A stretch of DNA of 34,171 nt from Neoconidiobolus thromboides FSU 785 (taxonomy: Eukaryota; Fungi; Entomophthoromycota), in NCBI GenBank assembly GCA_025603075.1, contig MU626462.1, forward strand, positions 1 to 34,171, in the 5' to 3' direction. The first letter of the stretch is position 1. The number at the start of each line of letters is the position of its first letter. The position numbers and the translations under genes are program-made. The notes under the pieces are model-generated. The model saw only the letters and a program-made list of their open reading frames with translations. It was not told the DNA's origin and searched no databases. Of this stretch, positions 1-12,041 are shown one piece after another.

Positions 1-410
1 CACTATAAGTCGAAAGGTCTTAGTTTATGTGACTAAGATAGACTTGAATTATGAAGAATAACATGTAATAGGTTACGGACTATGTAAGACAAATAAAATA
101 AACAATACTACTGCAAAATCTGTGTAAAATATTACCAGAAAGATTTAGTAGCTTTATTGAAAATACAACATCAGAGAGTAATTTAGTTAAAAAATCTCGA
201 GCTACTATGTTCTAAAATTTACTTTATACACTAACAAGTATGAATAGTCAAAACAGAAGATAAGTTCCTTTAGAACCACATGGCAGAAATTCTCGCAGTA
301 AATCAAAATAAAAGACTCGGAATTGATTGTGTCTAAACTCAAGAACACAACAACTTAAGTGATGTTATGTTACAATCAATCATAGATCTGACAAAGCGAC
401 ATTTCGCAGT
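1..410 (+). mobile_element. Decayed MULE/Mutator transposase fragment (copy A), truncated by window edge
   Basis: 7..~408 aligns by eye with the reverse complement of ~11250..11645. Stop-riddled frames read RKVLVYVTKIDLNYEE*HVIGYGLCKTN and FTLYTNK...WQKFS, resembling the MULE 'LLxAVGIDxN...VAYAL' and 'TFISD...HRFC' segments. Confidence 0.55.
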
Positions 411-482
411 TATAAAAAACGTTATAAAAAAAGCTAATTAAAAAGCAAAAAACATATATAAATTATATTTACTTTTATATAT

Positions 483-575
483 GGGGCTATTTTTTTAGTT
501 TCATTATTTTTCCATTTTTTAAGCGCTATTTGAGCGGAAAGATTGTAGTAAAATTCTTTAAAAAAATACACCCCC
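483..575 (+). mobile_element. MITE-like element, copy 1 (defines + orientation)
   Basis: GGGGCTATTTTTTT...AAAAAAATACACCCCC flanked by ATAT (479-482) and ATAT (576-579); shared core GCGCTATTTGAGCGGAAAGATTGTAGTAAAATTCTT. Confidence 0.8.
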
Positions 576-948
576 ATATACATGTTTTTTAAAATAATTT
601 TTTGGCTTGTTTTTTTAGATATTCTAATTAAAATATAACTTAACTTTTCTAATTTTTTCAATATTTAAAAATACAAGCTTATTGTATAAAACTTAATCTA
701 TAGTATAAAACAAATAGTTTGAATTATTTATAAAAGTGACTGCATTTTTATAATTAAATTAATAACAATTTATATAATTGATTTAATTTAAATGATTGGA
801 TTATTAAAACTAAGTATATAAATTTGTATATAATTAATTTATTATTTTTATTACTTAAATCCGTTACAAAAAATTTTATTGTCATATTTTAAAAACTATA
901 TTTAATAATTATAATATCTTATTATAACAAATAATGTTTTGTATATAT

Positions 949-1047
949 GGGGGTGTTTTTTTTGGTCTCACTACTTTTTCCATTTTTTAAGCACTATTTG
1001 AGAGGGAAATTTGTTAGTAAAATTGTTAAACACAAAAACACATCCTC
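949..1047 (+). mobile_element. MITE-like element, copy 2
   Basis: GGGGGTGTTTTTTT...AAAAACACATCCTC, flanks ATAT/GTAT; core GCACTATTTGAGAGGGAAATTTGTTAGTAAAATT. Confidence 0.8.
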
Positions 1048-1311
1048 GTATTGTACTTCAATACAAAATATAACAAAACATTTTGTCATAATTTTTTTTG
1101 AATTTTATTTTATTTGTTTTACTAGAACCTATTAGTTTTTTGATTGTTTTTATCTTTTTATTAATTCTTCATAAAACTTGCTATTTATTGTATATTATTT
1201 TTTTATTTCATAAATTTATTTTAACAATTAAGACTAAAATTTCTTGATTTATAAACAATTAATTCAAAAAGCTATCATTTTTTTATTAAACATCAAACTT
1301 CATGTTATGTT

Positions 1312-1363
1312 TAATAGTATATATATAGTTTTAATAATAGTATATATATAGTTTTAATAATAG
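1312..1363. repeat. Tandem duplication of a 23-bp unit (2 full copies plus 6 bp)
   Basis: TAATAGTATATATATAGTTTTAA at 1312-1334 and 1335-1357, then TAATAG. Confidence 0.8.
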
Positions 1364-1431
1364 CATTGATTTAAAGACTAAAAAAGTAATTTTTTGTTTT
1401 AAAATATTCTTTAAACTTGTAAGTGATATAT

Positions 1432-1530
1432 GGGAATGCATTTTTTCGTTTAAGAATTTTACTAACAACCTTTCTGCTCAGATAGCACTTAAAAAAAAGG
1501 GAAAAGTGATGAAATCAAAAAAGCATCCCC
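1432..1530 (-). mobile_element. MITE-like element, copy 3 (inverted)
   Basis: GGGAATGCATTTTTT...AAAAAAGCATCCCC flanked by ATAT/ATAT; core TTAAGAATTTTTACTAACAACCTTTCTGCTCAGATAGCACTTAAAAA is the reverse complement of the core in copies 1 and 2. Confidence 0.8.
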
Positions 1531-2309
1531 ATATTTAAAGCTAGAAATTTAAATAATTAGTAATATTTTACTTGAATTAAATAAAGCAATTTTTCACTAT
1601 TATTTTGATATTTTAATGATACTATTAAATTTATTTTTTGAAAATTTTAATAATCTTTGAATATCTTGTGTTTATAGTTGACTCACAAAAACTACTAATT
1701 TAATAATTTTGAAACTTTTCAATATATTACATCTTCATAGATTATGCTTGCAAAAGGTCAGCTTTCTAGCATTTTTCTAACTTTATTATTCTTCAAACTT
1801 TTTGACTTAACCTTGTATTATATACTTTATAAAGAAAAGATATATAAAGTATAAATTAATACAATCTCTTATTTATGAAACAAATTAACTAAAAGTAACT
1901 ATCCTTAACAAAAATTTTACTAATACTTTTTTTATAACTCCTTACAAAAAATGGTATTTTGTTAAAACACGCCCCCTGAAGCCTTTCTATATCTCGGATA
2001 TGGGGTACCTGTATTAGTTTGAAACTTTATATGTGTCCTATTTGAAAAATATACAATAGATTCATGTAAAGAGTTTCCATTCAAATCCCCCCTAACTCCT
2101 TCACTCCATGAACTTTTTGAGTTCTTCTGATAATATAATGATAGATTTTTATAACTTTTATAAAAGCAATATACATCACCTCAATTTTTCTAGTCAAATC
2201 CTTCTAAGCTACGTAATAGCTTGAATTCAAAAAACTAAACTATATTTCAAAAAAAATTCAATTATTCTAGTCTTTAATTTTTATCCTTATTTCCAACTTT
2301 TATCAAAAA

Positions 2310-5300
2310 ATGGTGGAAACAATTGAAGAACGATTAAAATTATCTCCAATTAATATTGAAGATATTGAGGAAGAAAACGATATTGAAATCTATACCAGCA
2401 CTGATTATACAAAAAAATATGCCAATAGGGAACAATCTATAGTATTCGATTTAGGTTCTCAAAATTGTCGAGTTGGATGGAGTGGGGAAGAAAAACCACG
2501 ATGTAAGTTTAAGCAGTGAATTTAGAAAAATATAAAACTGGATCTATATCTTTGAATACTAATAATAACAATAAATAAAATAGATAACTTTGATTCCTTG
2601 GTATCGAAATATAAGGAACGTGCCAACAAAGGTGGTATTGCAGGAAAAAGTCAATTAAATGTAGGAAATACAGTCCATAGTACACTATTATCAAAAGCCA
2701 ATATAAGATCTCCATTTGACTTAGATATTATTAATTCAATTGAGCATGTGGTAAATGAGTCAATACTAAAATATAAGGTCAATATTTTGTTAATGCTCTT
2801 TGAAAATTATTTAGGAATCAATTATGGATTATTCGTTTCTTAACCTTGGTATTGATACTGAGTCTATTAATCATAATATTGTATTTACAGAACCTGCTGG
2901 AAATTTAATTTATAGTAGAAATAGTGAGTTACTCTTTTTATTACTCTTTGATTTAATTAATATCAAACTCTTCCTCTCTTAGTGGTCACTGAATTAATCT
3001 TTGAATGCTATCAAGCGCCTTCATTAACATATGGAATTGATAGTCTATTTAGTTATTACCAAAATAATAATAGTTCATTAAATAATGATGGATTGGTAAT
3101 TTCATTAGGTCATCACTCGACAAATGTTATTCCTATTTATGATGGTAGAGCTAGGGTAGATCAAGCCACCAAGTAAGTAATTTTGTTCTTCTAATTTTTA
3201 AGGTTAAGCTGATTTTTATTCTATAATTTAAGAATCTCTTATGGTGGTAACTCAGCTACAGATTATATGTTAAAAAGTATGCAATTAAAATACCCCACGT
3301 TTCCAGTAAAAATGAGTAATGGACAAGCTAGAGTAAAATTGACAATATTTAACACTATCTCCATTTTAACAATTCAAATAGTATTTAATGGAAAATTGTA
3401 CCTTTGTAGCTAGTGATTATTTAAAAACATTAAGTAAATTATCAGCTATTAATGATTTGGAATTTTTTAACGCAGTGGATGTGACGGTACAATTTCCTTA
3501 TACAGAACCAGTAAGTTTATTTTTATATAAATAGATAAAAATGAGTGAATATTTATTTATTATTATAATAGACAGCGGAAGAAAAATCTCATGAAGAATT
3601 AGAACGTATAGCATTAAGGCGTAAAGAACAAAGTGAACGATTAAGGGAGCATATAGCTAAAAAGAAGAGGGAAAAAGTAAAAACCATATATAATAATCAT
3701 TGTCATAACAAAATTTATACTATTCAATTACTCTTAGGTAATTCAACGAGAACAAGAATTAGAAAGTTTATTAGAACTAAAAGCTAGTAAAAAAGTAACT
3801 ACGAAATCTTCTTTTTTAAAATTATTGGAAGACTATGATTTAAACAATGAAAACGAATTGGAGATTGCTATTAAAAATGCGGAAAAAGCATTACAAAGAG
3901 CTCAAGAAAAAGCAATGGGTATTGAAGTAGTGGAAGAAAAGGTAAGAAATAAAAGATTTTTATTTGTAATAGGAACGATAAGAGAAAGAGGGGGAAAGTA
4001 TGAAGATTAATGATTTTTTGTAGGTTATACCAGAATTTACATTGGTTGATATACCCGATGATGAATTAAGTGAAGATAGTAAAAGAGAAAAGAAAAAACA
4101 AAGGTTATTAAAAGCAGGATTTGAAGCTAGAGAAAGGATGAGAAAAGCTAAACAAGAAGCTGAAGAACAAAAAGTAAGTTCAGTTTAGATTTACAGTAAG
4201 CTTTTTGTTAACTTAGTTTCTTTTATTAAAAATAGGCTGAATTAGCGCGTCAAGATGAAGAATATCGATTAAAAGATTTTAAAGGTTGGTTAAGTAATTT
4301 AAGAATGAAACATGATGTAAATATTATTTAGTTAATTAGAGTGTTTATTTTAATATTAATCATTTGATAGGAATTAAATGATAAAATACAAAGTAAAAAG
4401 AAAATCAAAAATCAATTGAATGATCGTCGATCCCAAGCTAGTCAACAAAGAATGAAATCTATTGCTATGTTAGCTAGAGAAGATAAAAAAAACAATAGTA
4501 AAAGAAACAGAAATAAAAACGGGATAGATGGTAAGATAAATCATAGCATATATGATAATAGTATGATTCACTTATAATAATTTTAGATGATGGTTTTGGT
4601 GCGGATGATAATGATTGGAATGTTTATAGGGAAATAGTAAATTTTAATAAGAAATAGGCAGTAGTTTTTAATTTTTAACTTTGAATATTAATAGAAAAAT
4701 GATGAAGATAGTGAAGAAGAAGAAGATGCCAATTTACTTGCTGATTATGAAGCACAACTTTTAGAATTTGATCCTACGTTTCAAACAGAACTTGAAGCAA
4801 GAAATGAATCACATGGTTTTAATCCAAAAAATTCATTTTTACATCGATTTCAATTTGGTACTAAATTCAATTCTTGGGAAGATATGGATGATATTAAATA
4901 CCATCATCAATTGCATGTGAATATTGAAAGATTTAAAATTCCAGAAGTATTATTTCAACCTAGTATATTAGGTATTGATCAAGCAGGATTAGAGCAAACA
5001 TTACAGGCTATGTTTCAAAGAGTAGGAAAAGAAAAACAACAGGGATTGATTAAGGTATATTTTATTATAGAAAATATTTTTATTTATTTAATTGAATTCT
5101 TTAATTTATTTTAGAATGTTTTATTAACTGGGGGATTTAGTAAACTATCTAATTTAAATGAAAGAATAGAATTATTATTAACAAAATTAAGTCCAAGTGG
5201 TAGTAAAATTAAAGTAAAATTAGCTGAAGATCCCTCTTTAGATGCTTGGAAAGGAGCAGCTAATTTTGTTAAAAATGGAGGACTAAAATTGACTAATAAT

Positions 5301-5378
5301 TCTATACTTACAATTGAGCAATATAGTGAAGTTGGACATGATTATTTGATTGATCATGGGTTAGGGAATTGGGTTTAA
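2310..5378 (+). CDS. ARP5: Actin-related protein 5 (INO80 complex subunit), about 14 exons
   Basis: Spliced peptides: SIVFDLGSQNCRVGW, VTELIFECYQAPSLTYGIDSLFSY, ISYGGNSATDYMLKSMQLKYPTFP, charged insertion (ELERIALRRKEQSERLRE), HQLHVNIERFKIPEVLFQPSILGIDQAGL, NVLLTGGFS, DPSLDAWKGAA; stop TAA 5376-5378. About 13 short GT-AG introns. Confidence 0.92.
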
Positions 5379-5486
5379 AATAAAATAATTACAATAAAAA
5401 AGGAAGTTCTACAAAATATAATATACTTCTTTATTTTATTTAATTTTATTTAATTTTATTTTATAAAAAGAATAGTTTTATTTTTC

Positions 5487-8400
5487 TTAATTATTATTTA
5501 AAGTTAACCAAATTGGATCTAATTGAATAAAATCAATTAATTTTAAACAATGATAGCAAAAGTTGTCATGCTAAAAAAAATTATAAATAAAATTAAAATT
5601 GTAACAATAAAGTATCTACCTCATTTATAAATTTTTGATTCAATTGAGATGTTACTTTTAATAAAACTTGTTTTGCCATATAAAATAAATTAGTTATAGA
5701 TTTTAATAAATTGAGATTATAATTCTGGTATAATTTTGATTTATATGAGTTATAATCTAAATTAGATTGAAATTTTGGAAATAATGGATGTTGTTTGATT
5801 ATCTAATAGAAATTAAAATAAATTATAATTCTGTGTTATAATAAAACCTACAAATAATGCCTTCTCCAATTCTCCTTCGAAATAAGCCACAATAAACTCG
5901 AATAATTGTTGATTTTCTATTACTTGTTGTTTAACATCTATTGAAATTCGATTTTCGAAACAAGAATTATTAATCAAAGGATCAATAAAATTACGCTTAT
6001 TATAATATTCTAACTTTAATTTGTTTAAAGAAAACTCTGTTATAGTATTCATTTGATTGGATGATTTATAAATCAAATCATTTAATTGATTTATATAAAT
6101 AAGTAAATTACTTGTTATTGGCTATAAATAGAAAAATAAAAATAAAAATAAAAATATATTAATATAAATATATATAATATACTAAAATAATAAACTTACA
6201 TTTACTTGATTATTTTCTAAAATTGAATGATTTAGACTCCATTGATTTACTTTAATATCCAATAAAGGTAATAGTCTAAATACATTCTCTTCATTTCTTA
6301 ATTGAATTTCATTGCCAATTTTTAATATTAAATGATTAATATATTCCTCTTTAACGTTTTCAATATTAAAATAATTAAGATAATTTATCAATTGATTTTC
6401 CTAATAATAAAACATTAATTGTATTAACTTTTTTTATTTATAGTTACCTCATTAATATTATTCCAACTACCAAAATAAATTTCTAATTCATTTTCCTTAA
6501 TACTTAATGTCTTTTGCCATAATAATTGTTGAATGAATTTCTTTATCAATAAAGTATTAAATGATGCTAAAAATTTTAAATAAATTATTGGTAAATCAAA
6601 ATCGTTGATATTAAAATTCAATATAATTGATTTTATAATTGTTATAAAATTTAAACCATTATCAATTTCATTATCACTAGTCTCATTCTTATTTGATTCT
6701 AATTATTATTATTATTATTATTATATTAGTTATATATATATACTATTTAGATTATTTACCTTTTGACAATTTATTATCTTTAGTCTCTGTATATTTAATT
6801 AATTCATAATTAAAACAACATAAAGCTAGATTTAAAGCATGAAGTTTGTAATTTGGATATGAAGCTAAAGAATAAATAACCTAGAATAAAAAGATCAGTT
6901 GTTTTTTCTTTACAAATAGAAAATTCAATTCACTTACTTCTGAAAATTGATAAGACAACATATAAGCTTTGATTAATCCAAGTGGATTTGTATTTTGATA
7001 GCATTGAATTAAATCAATACTTTGAATTAATTTAAAGGCTTCATAAGGTTCCCATAAACTTTTTATACCCTGTGTATCATTGTTTTTACACATCATAAAC
7101 TATAAAATCATTTAAGGTTAATGATATTCTACTTTACTTTTAGGATATTATATTAAATTACTTGGAACCATAATAATTCTTCAAATGTATTTAATATACT
7201 ACTATTAACTCTTTTAGGGTCAATACACCCCATTATACGTAAGACCATTAGTTTATACTTATTTACTCCTTTAATATCTTTTCTTATTGTTTCATTATAA
7301 TATTTTATAAATTTATCACGTTGTTGAATTGATATTCTAAAATTGATATTAATTATTTAATTATCATCATTGCTATATCCTCACCTAAAGTTTTTTTCTT
7401 TCAAAAATGCTTCCAATGTCTTAACAATCTCCATATCAAATGCATCCAAGCTATTGGTATTTTTCTTAATATATTCCAAACTCTGCTTATAACATCCACT
7501 TCTTAAAAGATAATAAACTACAGTCCAAATAAAATATGGGTTATTATACTTAAAAAACAAAGTTAGCTTTAATAAATATTCTTATAATATCTTACTTCAT
7601 TTTTAGTATAAAATGAATGATTAAATTTCAATTTCACATATTTTTTAATGATATCGATTTCTTCATTATCTTCTATAATATTATCTAATTTTATGTTTTT
7701 TTTTAAAGTGTTTAAAAACCTAATTCAAAGAATTAAATATAATTTAAAAAATAACTTTTAAAGATAATTACTCTTGTTCCAAATATTTCCTTACGCTTAA
7801 AAAATAAGTACAAATAACAGTATCTTTTTTGTCAGTGACATCAAAATTAAGCTTAGGTTGATATCTCGGATTTATTTCTTGTTGCAGTTTCATATAATTA
7901 TTAATTAATACACTAAATAGCTTCCATACACTTTGAATATTATTATCCTATATTAAAGATTGATGTTAATATTAATACTTTATTTCAATTTGTTATATTA
8001 TTAATTCTTTACCTCATTAAAATTCAACTCTACTATATTAATAAATTCCTTTATTAAGTTGGGTTGATGTTTGAATTGTTGATTACTATCATACATATTA
8101 TTGACTACATTACGATAAATAAAAAATTCTTTAGGAATATACATATCCGGTCTATTTTCCTTAGCATCAAACCCATTATAATTAGATTGATATAAATCAT
8201 TATCCTTTTTCTAATTAAAATAGAATATTAAAAATGACCATTGTTATTTTATATTTATTATAAATAACCTACTTGATTTAAATAATATTGATTAATTCTA
8301 TTTAAATATGGAGCTATGATGTTGTTGATGGTTTTATTTTTAATTGGCAATGTATTACTATTCATTTCAAAATTAAACAACAACTTATCTATACTATTGG

Positions 8401-9561
8401 TATTTGTATTCATTTCTTTTAATGCTAATTTATTACTCATTTTAATATTCTCTTTGTTCTCTTTAATAGCTACTTCTTCCACATTATTGTTAGTATTATT
8501 AATACTATTATGCTAAGTGAATAATTAATACATTACTGAATATACATACAATAAAATTCAACTCACCTCCTTTGCTATTAAATCATTTAGTTTTTCACTC
8601 AAATTCAATAATTGATGTTTTGGTATTTCGTTCTTAACTTTATCATCTATTGGTTTTACATAATATTGATCATAAAATGTTTTTCTTTCAGTTTTATTTT
8701 CTTTAATAAATTTAAACTTCTTTAATCCTTTTGTTATTGGATTTTGTTGATATTCACTTTCATTTATCTTTGGTTTTTTAAGTAACAAAGAATAAATATC
8801 AATACCTGATTTAGAGATCTCTTTAAATCTAACGAAATCAAATTAATAATATTAGAAATTTTCAAAAATGAATATCTTTTTTACCCTTTAGTATCCATTA
8901 ATTTTTTAATGTTTTCCAATTCAGGGTCTTTACTCCTTTCAAGCTCTTCTCTTAAAACATGATCATTTTTAACTGCATCGATAATATAATTCTTCAACAA
9001 TTCTTCTTTATTCCTTTCTTTATCTAACCTATCCGCCACTTCTTCCCATATCTCTTTTTTCTTTTTAATTTTATTCTCTTCTTTGTCATGACCGAAGCTT
9101 TCACTAATTTCTAATTTAGAATATGCTTTTAACTCACTTTCCAATCTTTGTTTCATTATGAGCCTTTCTTCTTCGGTTAAATCTAAATAAAAAAAGGTAT
9201 CATCTTTTCTTTTTACCCCTTCAGTAGCCATTTTTTTTCTCTTATCTTCACCCTTCCCTCCTAAATTCTTTCCAACACTGTTGTTGTCCTCCATAAACCC
9301 ATTTATACCATTTTCACCCTCTCTTTCATTTACTGGTAAATATTCTAAAGTTTGATTCACTAATTCAAGAAATTTCTTTCTTTCTTCAAAAGTAAACTCA
9401 ATGACTGGTTTGTTATAAATGAATTTTTTGGGATCTGTAAAATAGGTCTCATTAATACTACCAGTCGGTGTAAATAATTCATTGATTAGGTTGAATTCGT
9501 GCTGGCGAATGTAATTTATAAGGCGAGCATCAACCTCCTCGATATTGGTTAAATTTCTCAT
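5487..9561 (-). CDS. NIC96: Divergent nucleoporin Nic96/Nup93 family protein, multi-exon, with expanded N-terminal region
   Basis: Spliced peptides YFIWTVVYYLLRSGCYKQSLEYI (cf. Nic96 PIWALIFYLLRAG), KYKLMVLRIMGCID...NTFEELLWFQ (cf. PYRLAVYKLIGRCD...SIEDWLWMHL), KLHALNLALCC (cf. DAVHLAI), APYLNRINQY. Exon 1 (9561-8885) joins exon 2 in frame via GT..AG intron 8884-8829; last exon ends LTLNNN-TAA at 5489-5487. Confidence 0.72.
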
Positions 9562-10385
9562 CTTTTATTTTCAATTTAAAAAAACAATGACTATAAATGA
9601 TGCCCCAATCCTTTTTTAAAAATCCTAATTTTTGGAATTCATAATAGATGTTGGTTTAAAAGGGATTTTATTGGCTGAGGTTTTTTTTATAAAATTGATA
9701 GAACCAAGTGCTAAATAATAATTACATTTAACCTTTTTACTTTATACAGGTGTACTTTTTTCCCAATTCATATCTCACCTTGGTTGTCTCTATTCTTATG
9801 CTTATAAGTGCAAAGTAATAAGGTTCCTTTCAATGTTTAAAATTAGATCACCAGAAGTTGAACTTCAGCTCTGCTACTTGGTTTTATGTTCCGACATATA
9901 GGAATGTTTTTTGTTTACTAAGCCCTTTTTGCTACTATTTTAAAATCTAGAAAATCGACTTTAATGTAGCTGTTTAAGTTTGAATGTGTGCTGGCAGTAG
10001 TGAGTTTTATAACCAGTTGTTTTTCATACTATACTAGTTTGAGGCTTATTGATTTGGGCTTTATTTCAAAATGAACGGTTAGCTAGTACACAGTCAAGCT
10101 TGAATAGAGCATAATTATTAATTTCTAAATTTAAGTAATAGATAATTGATAAAAAATGTCCTTATATTTTTTATAAAAAGCAACCGTTATTGGTTGCAGC
10201 ATCAGATAACTTTGTCCGTTATAATGGTAGATTCTAGATTTTTTAGGTATTTTAGTTATTTACTTTTACCTTAGTCCATTAGCTATAAAAGCGTAAAAAT
10301 TCTCTTAGTTTCTTTTAACTATACTCACTTTTACACTAGTTCAATTTTTAAATACTTACACTACCACAAATATCAGCCATATTAT

Positions 10386-10483
10386 GAGGATATGTTTTTG
10401 TGTTTAAGAATTTTACTAACAATCTTTCCACTCAAATAGTGCTTAAAAAATAAAAAAAGTAACGAAATTAAAGAAACATCTTC
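10386..10483 (-). mobile_element. MITE-like element, copy 4 (inverted, eroded TIRs)
   Basis: GAGGATATGTTTTTGTGTTTAAGAATTTTACTAACAATCTTTCCACTCAAATAGTGCTTAAAAAA...AAACATCTTC; flanks TTAT/ATAC. Confidence 0.75.
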
Positions 10484-10663
10484 ATACACTATCATTTATA
10501 AATAATTTACAAATTTTTCTAAAGTTAGTATTATTAAAAAAAGGGATATAGTAAAATAATAAAAAGTAAATAACAATACTTTAAGCAATTAACTTAAAAA
10601 ATAAGCTATTTTACTATTTATTATTTATTATTTATTATTTATCTATTATCTTTGCTAATAAAT

Positions 10664-10761
10664 GGGGATATTTTTTCGTGTTTAAGAATTCTACTAACAA
10701 ATTTTCCGCACAAATAGCGCCTAAAGAGTGAAAAAAGTGATGAAGCCAAAAAAACACCCTC
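10664..10761 (-). mobile_element. MITE-like element, copy 5 (inverted) with non-palindromic AAAT target duplication
   Basis: GGGGATATTTTTT...AAAAAAACACCCTC flanked by AAAT (10660-10663) and AAAT (10762-10765). Confidence 0.82.
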
Positions 10762-10810
10762 AAATATTATTTAGCAAATTAATATATAAAATTAAAATTA
10801 TTAAAAGACT

Positions 10811-10847
10811 GGGGGTTATTGCTTTTTTTAAACACAAAAATACACTC
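10811..10847 (+). mobile_element. Possible internally deleted 37-bp MITE derivative
   Basis: GGGGGTTATTGCTTTTTT fused directly to TTAAACACAAAAATACACTC, i.e. both MITE ends without the core; flanks GACT/GATT. Confidence 0.35.
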
Positions 10848-10966
10848 GATTTTAATAAAAATTAATTTTTCAAAAGCTTTTTCAACTATACTTTGTAAAA
10901 CTTTTATAATATAAAACATACGACTAGGCCTTAAAAAAAGTAAACTCGTTTTTCTAATCCTGATAT

Positions 10967-11063
10967 GGGGCTGTCTTTTTTAGTTTCATTATTTTTCCAT
11001 TTTTTAAGCACTATTTAAGTGGAAAGGTTGTAGTAAAATTCTTAAACACAAAAATACATCCCC
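10967..11063 (+). mobile_element. MITE-like element, copy 6
   Basis: GGGGCTGTCTTTTT...AAAAATACATCCCC flanked by ATAT (10963-10966) and ATAT (11064-11067); closely resembles copy 1. Confidence 0.82.
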
Positions 11064-11161
11064 ATATGATGTCAATTAAATTAAATTTAAGATTTGGAAT
11101 TTTTGTTTTTTTGAAACAAATATAAATAGTTTATACATATTAAATATTAAATATTAAATAT

Positions 11162-11243
11162 AGGAATGTGTTTTTTTATTTTTAAATGCTATTTAAGTGG
11201 AAAAATTGTTAATAAGATTAGTGAATTAAAAAAGTATGTTCCT
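11162..11243 (+). mobile_element. MITE-like element, shorter AGGAA-terminated variant (copy 7)
   Basis: AGGAATGTGTTTTTTT...GCTATTTAAGTGGAAAAATTGTTAATAA...AAAAAAGTATGTTCCT flanked by ATAT/ATAT; shares the GCTATTTAAGTGGAAA core. Confidence 0.65.
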
Positions 11244-11942
11244 ATATGAAATATCGCTTTTTCAACTTCATGGTTGAGTATAGTATAATAATCACTTAAG
11301 TTGTTGTGCTCTCGAGTTCAGAGACAATCAACCCCATGCTCTTATTTTGATTTGCTATGAGAACTTATGTCATATGATTCCGAAGGATATTGTCTCTCCG
11401 CTTTGATATCCATACTTGTCAGAGTATAAAAGAGTTTTCAGAGTATAGTAGCTCAAGGCTTTCTAACTGAATTATTCCTTGATATCTCGAACATTTAATA
11501 AAGCTAAATTTTCTTAATAATATTTTACGTAGATTTTACATTAGTATTGTCTATTCTATTTATCTTACATAGTCTATAGCATATTACGTGATATTCTTCA
11601 TAATTCAAGTCTATTTTAGTCACATAAACTAAGACCTTTCAACTTACAGTATAGTCAATTAGGCAACAGCTGTTATTGACTCCAATCACTGAGTACCAGA
11701 TTTCATACCTAATACTTTAGTTTGCCTTAAAAAATCGTATTAACTTAAACATAAATAAGTTGTTGAGTAAGTATTATAAAGTATTAAAAAAGCAGATTTA
11801 TAAAAGCAAAGCTTTTACTATAAAAATATTATTAGTTTATTAAAAAAAATACAATGAGACAGATTATAATAAAAAAGCCTTATTTTTTAGCTTTCTTTAT
11901 TAATAAAAAAATTGTATATTTTTGCTTGTATTATTATTATAT

Positions 11943-12041
11943 GGGGATGTATTTTTATGTTTAAGAATTTTACCAACAAACTTTCCACTTAAATAGTGCT
12001 TAAAAAATGGAAAAAATAACACAGTCAAAAAAAACACTCCC
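11943..12041 (-). mobile_element. MITE-like element, copy 8 (inverted)
   Basis: GGGGATGTATTTTT...AAAAAAACACTCCC flanked by ATAT (11939-11942) and ATAT (12042-12045). Confidence 0.82.

Larger units (their letters stand above)
9900..11243. mobile_element. Putative 1344-bp non-autonomous TIR element inserted into the MULE fossil, carrying further MITE copies
   Basis: Left end AGGAATGTTTTTTGTTTACTAAGC; right end (reverse complement) AGGAACATACTTTTTTAATTCACTAATC; flanked by ATAT (9896-9899) and ATAT (11244-11247). Removing it joins the MULE fragments in frame. Confidence 0.45.

Noticed and set aside
220-370. FTLYT/LYSD...NSRAQQL read as an RNase H motif in the dispersed repeat
   Set aside because: No following E/D motifs in RNase H spacing; the surrounding motifs fit the MULE second-Asp region better.
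434-1135. ORFs 434..661 (-) and 947..1135 (+)
   Set aside because: They run through MITE copies and AT-rich spacer; low-complexity F/K/I-rich translations with no motif.
479-1534. Three similar ~100-bp units as a CRISPR-like or regular tandem array
   Set aside because: Mixed orientation, irregular spacing, individual TIR/TSD structure and eukaryotic context indicate independent MITE insertions.
1820-1855. Hairpin TATACTTTAT-N13-ATAAAGTATA
   Set aside because: A 10-bp almost pure A/T stem is expected by chance at this composition.
2055-2125. Minus-strand GVRGDLNG resembling a LINE endonuclease GDxN motif
   Set aside because: Single short motif with no other APE or RT motifs nearby.
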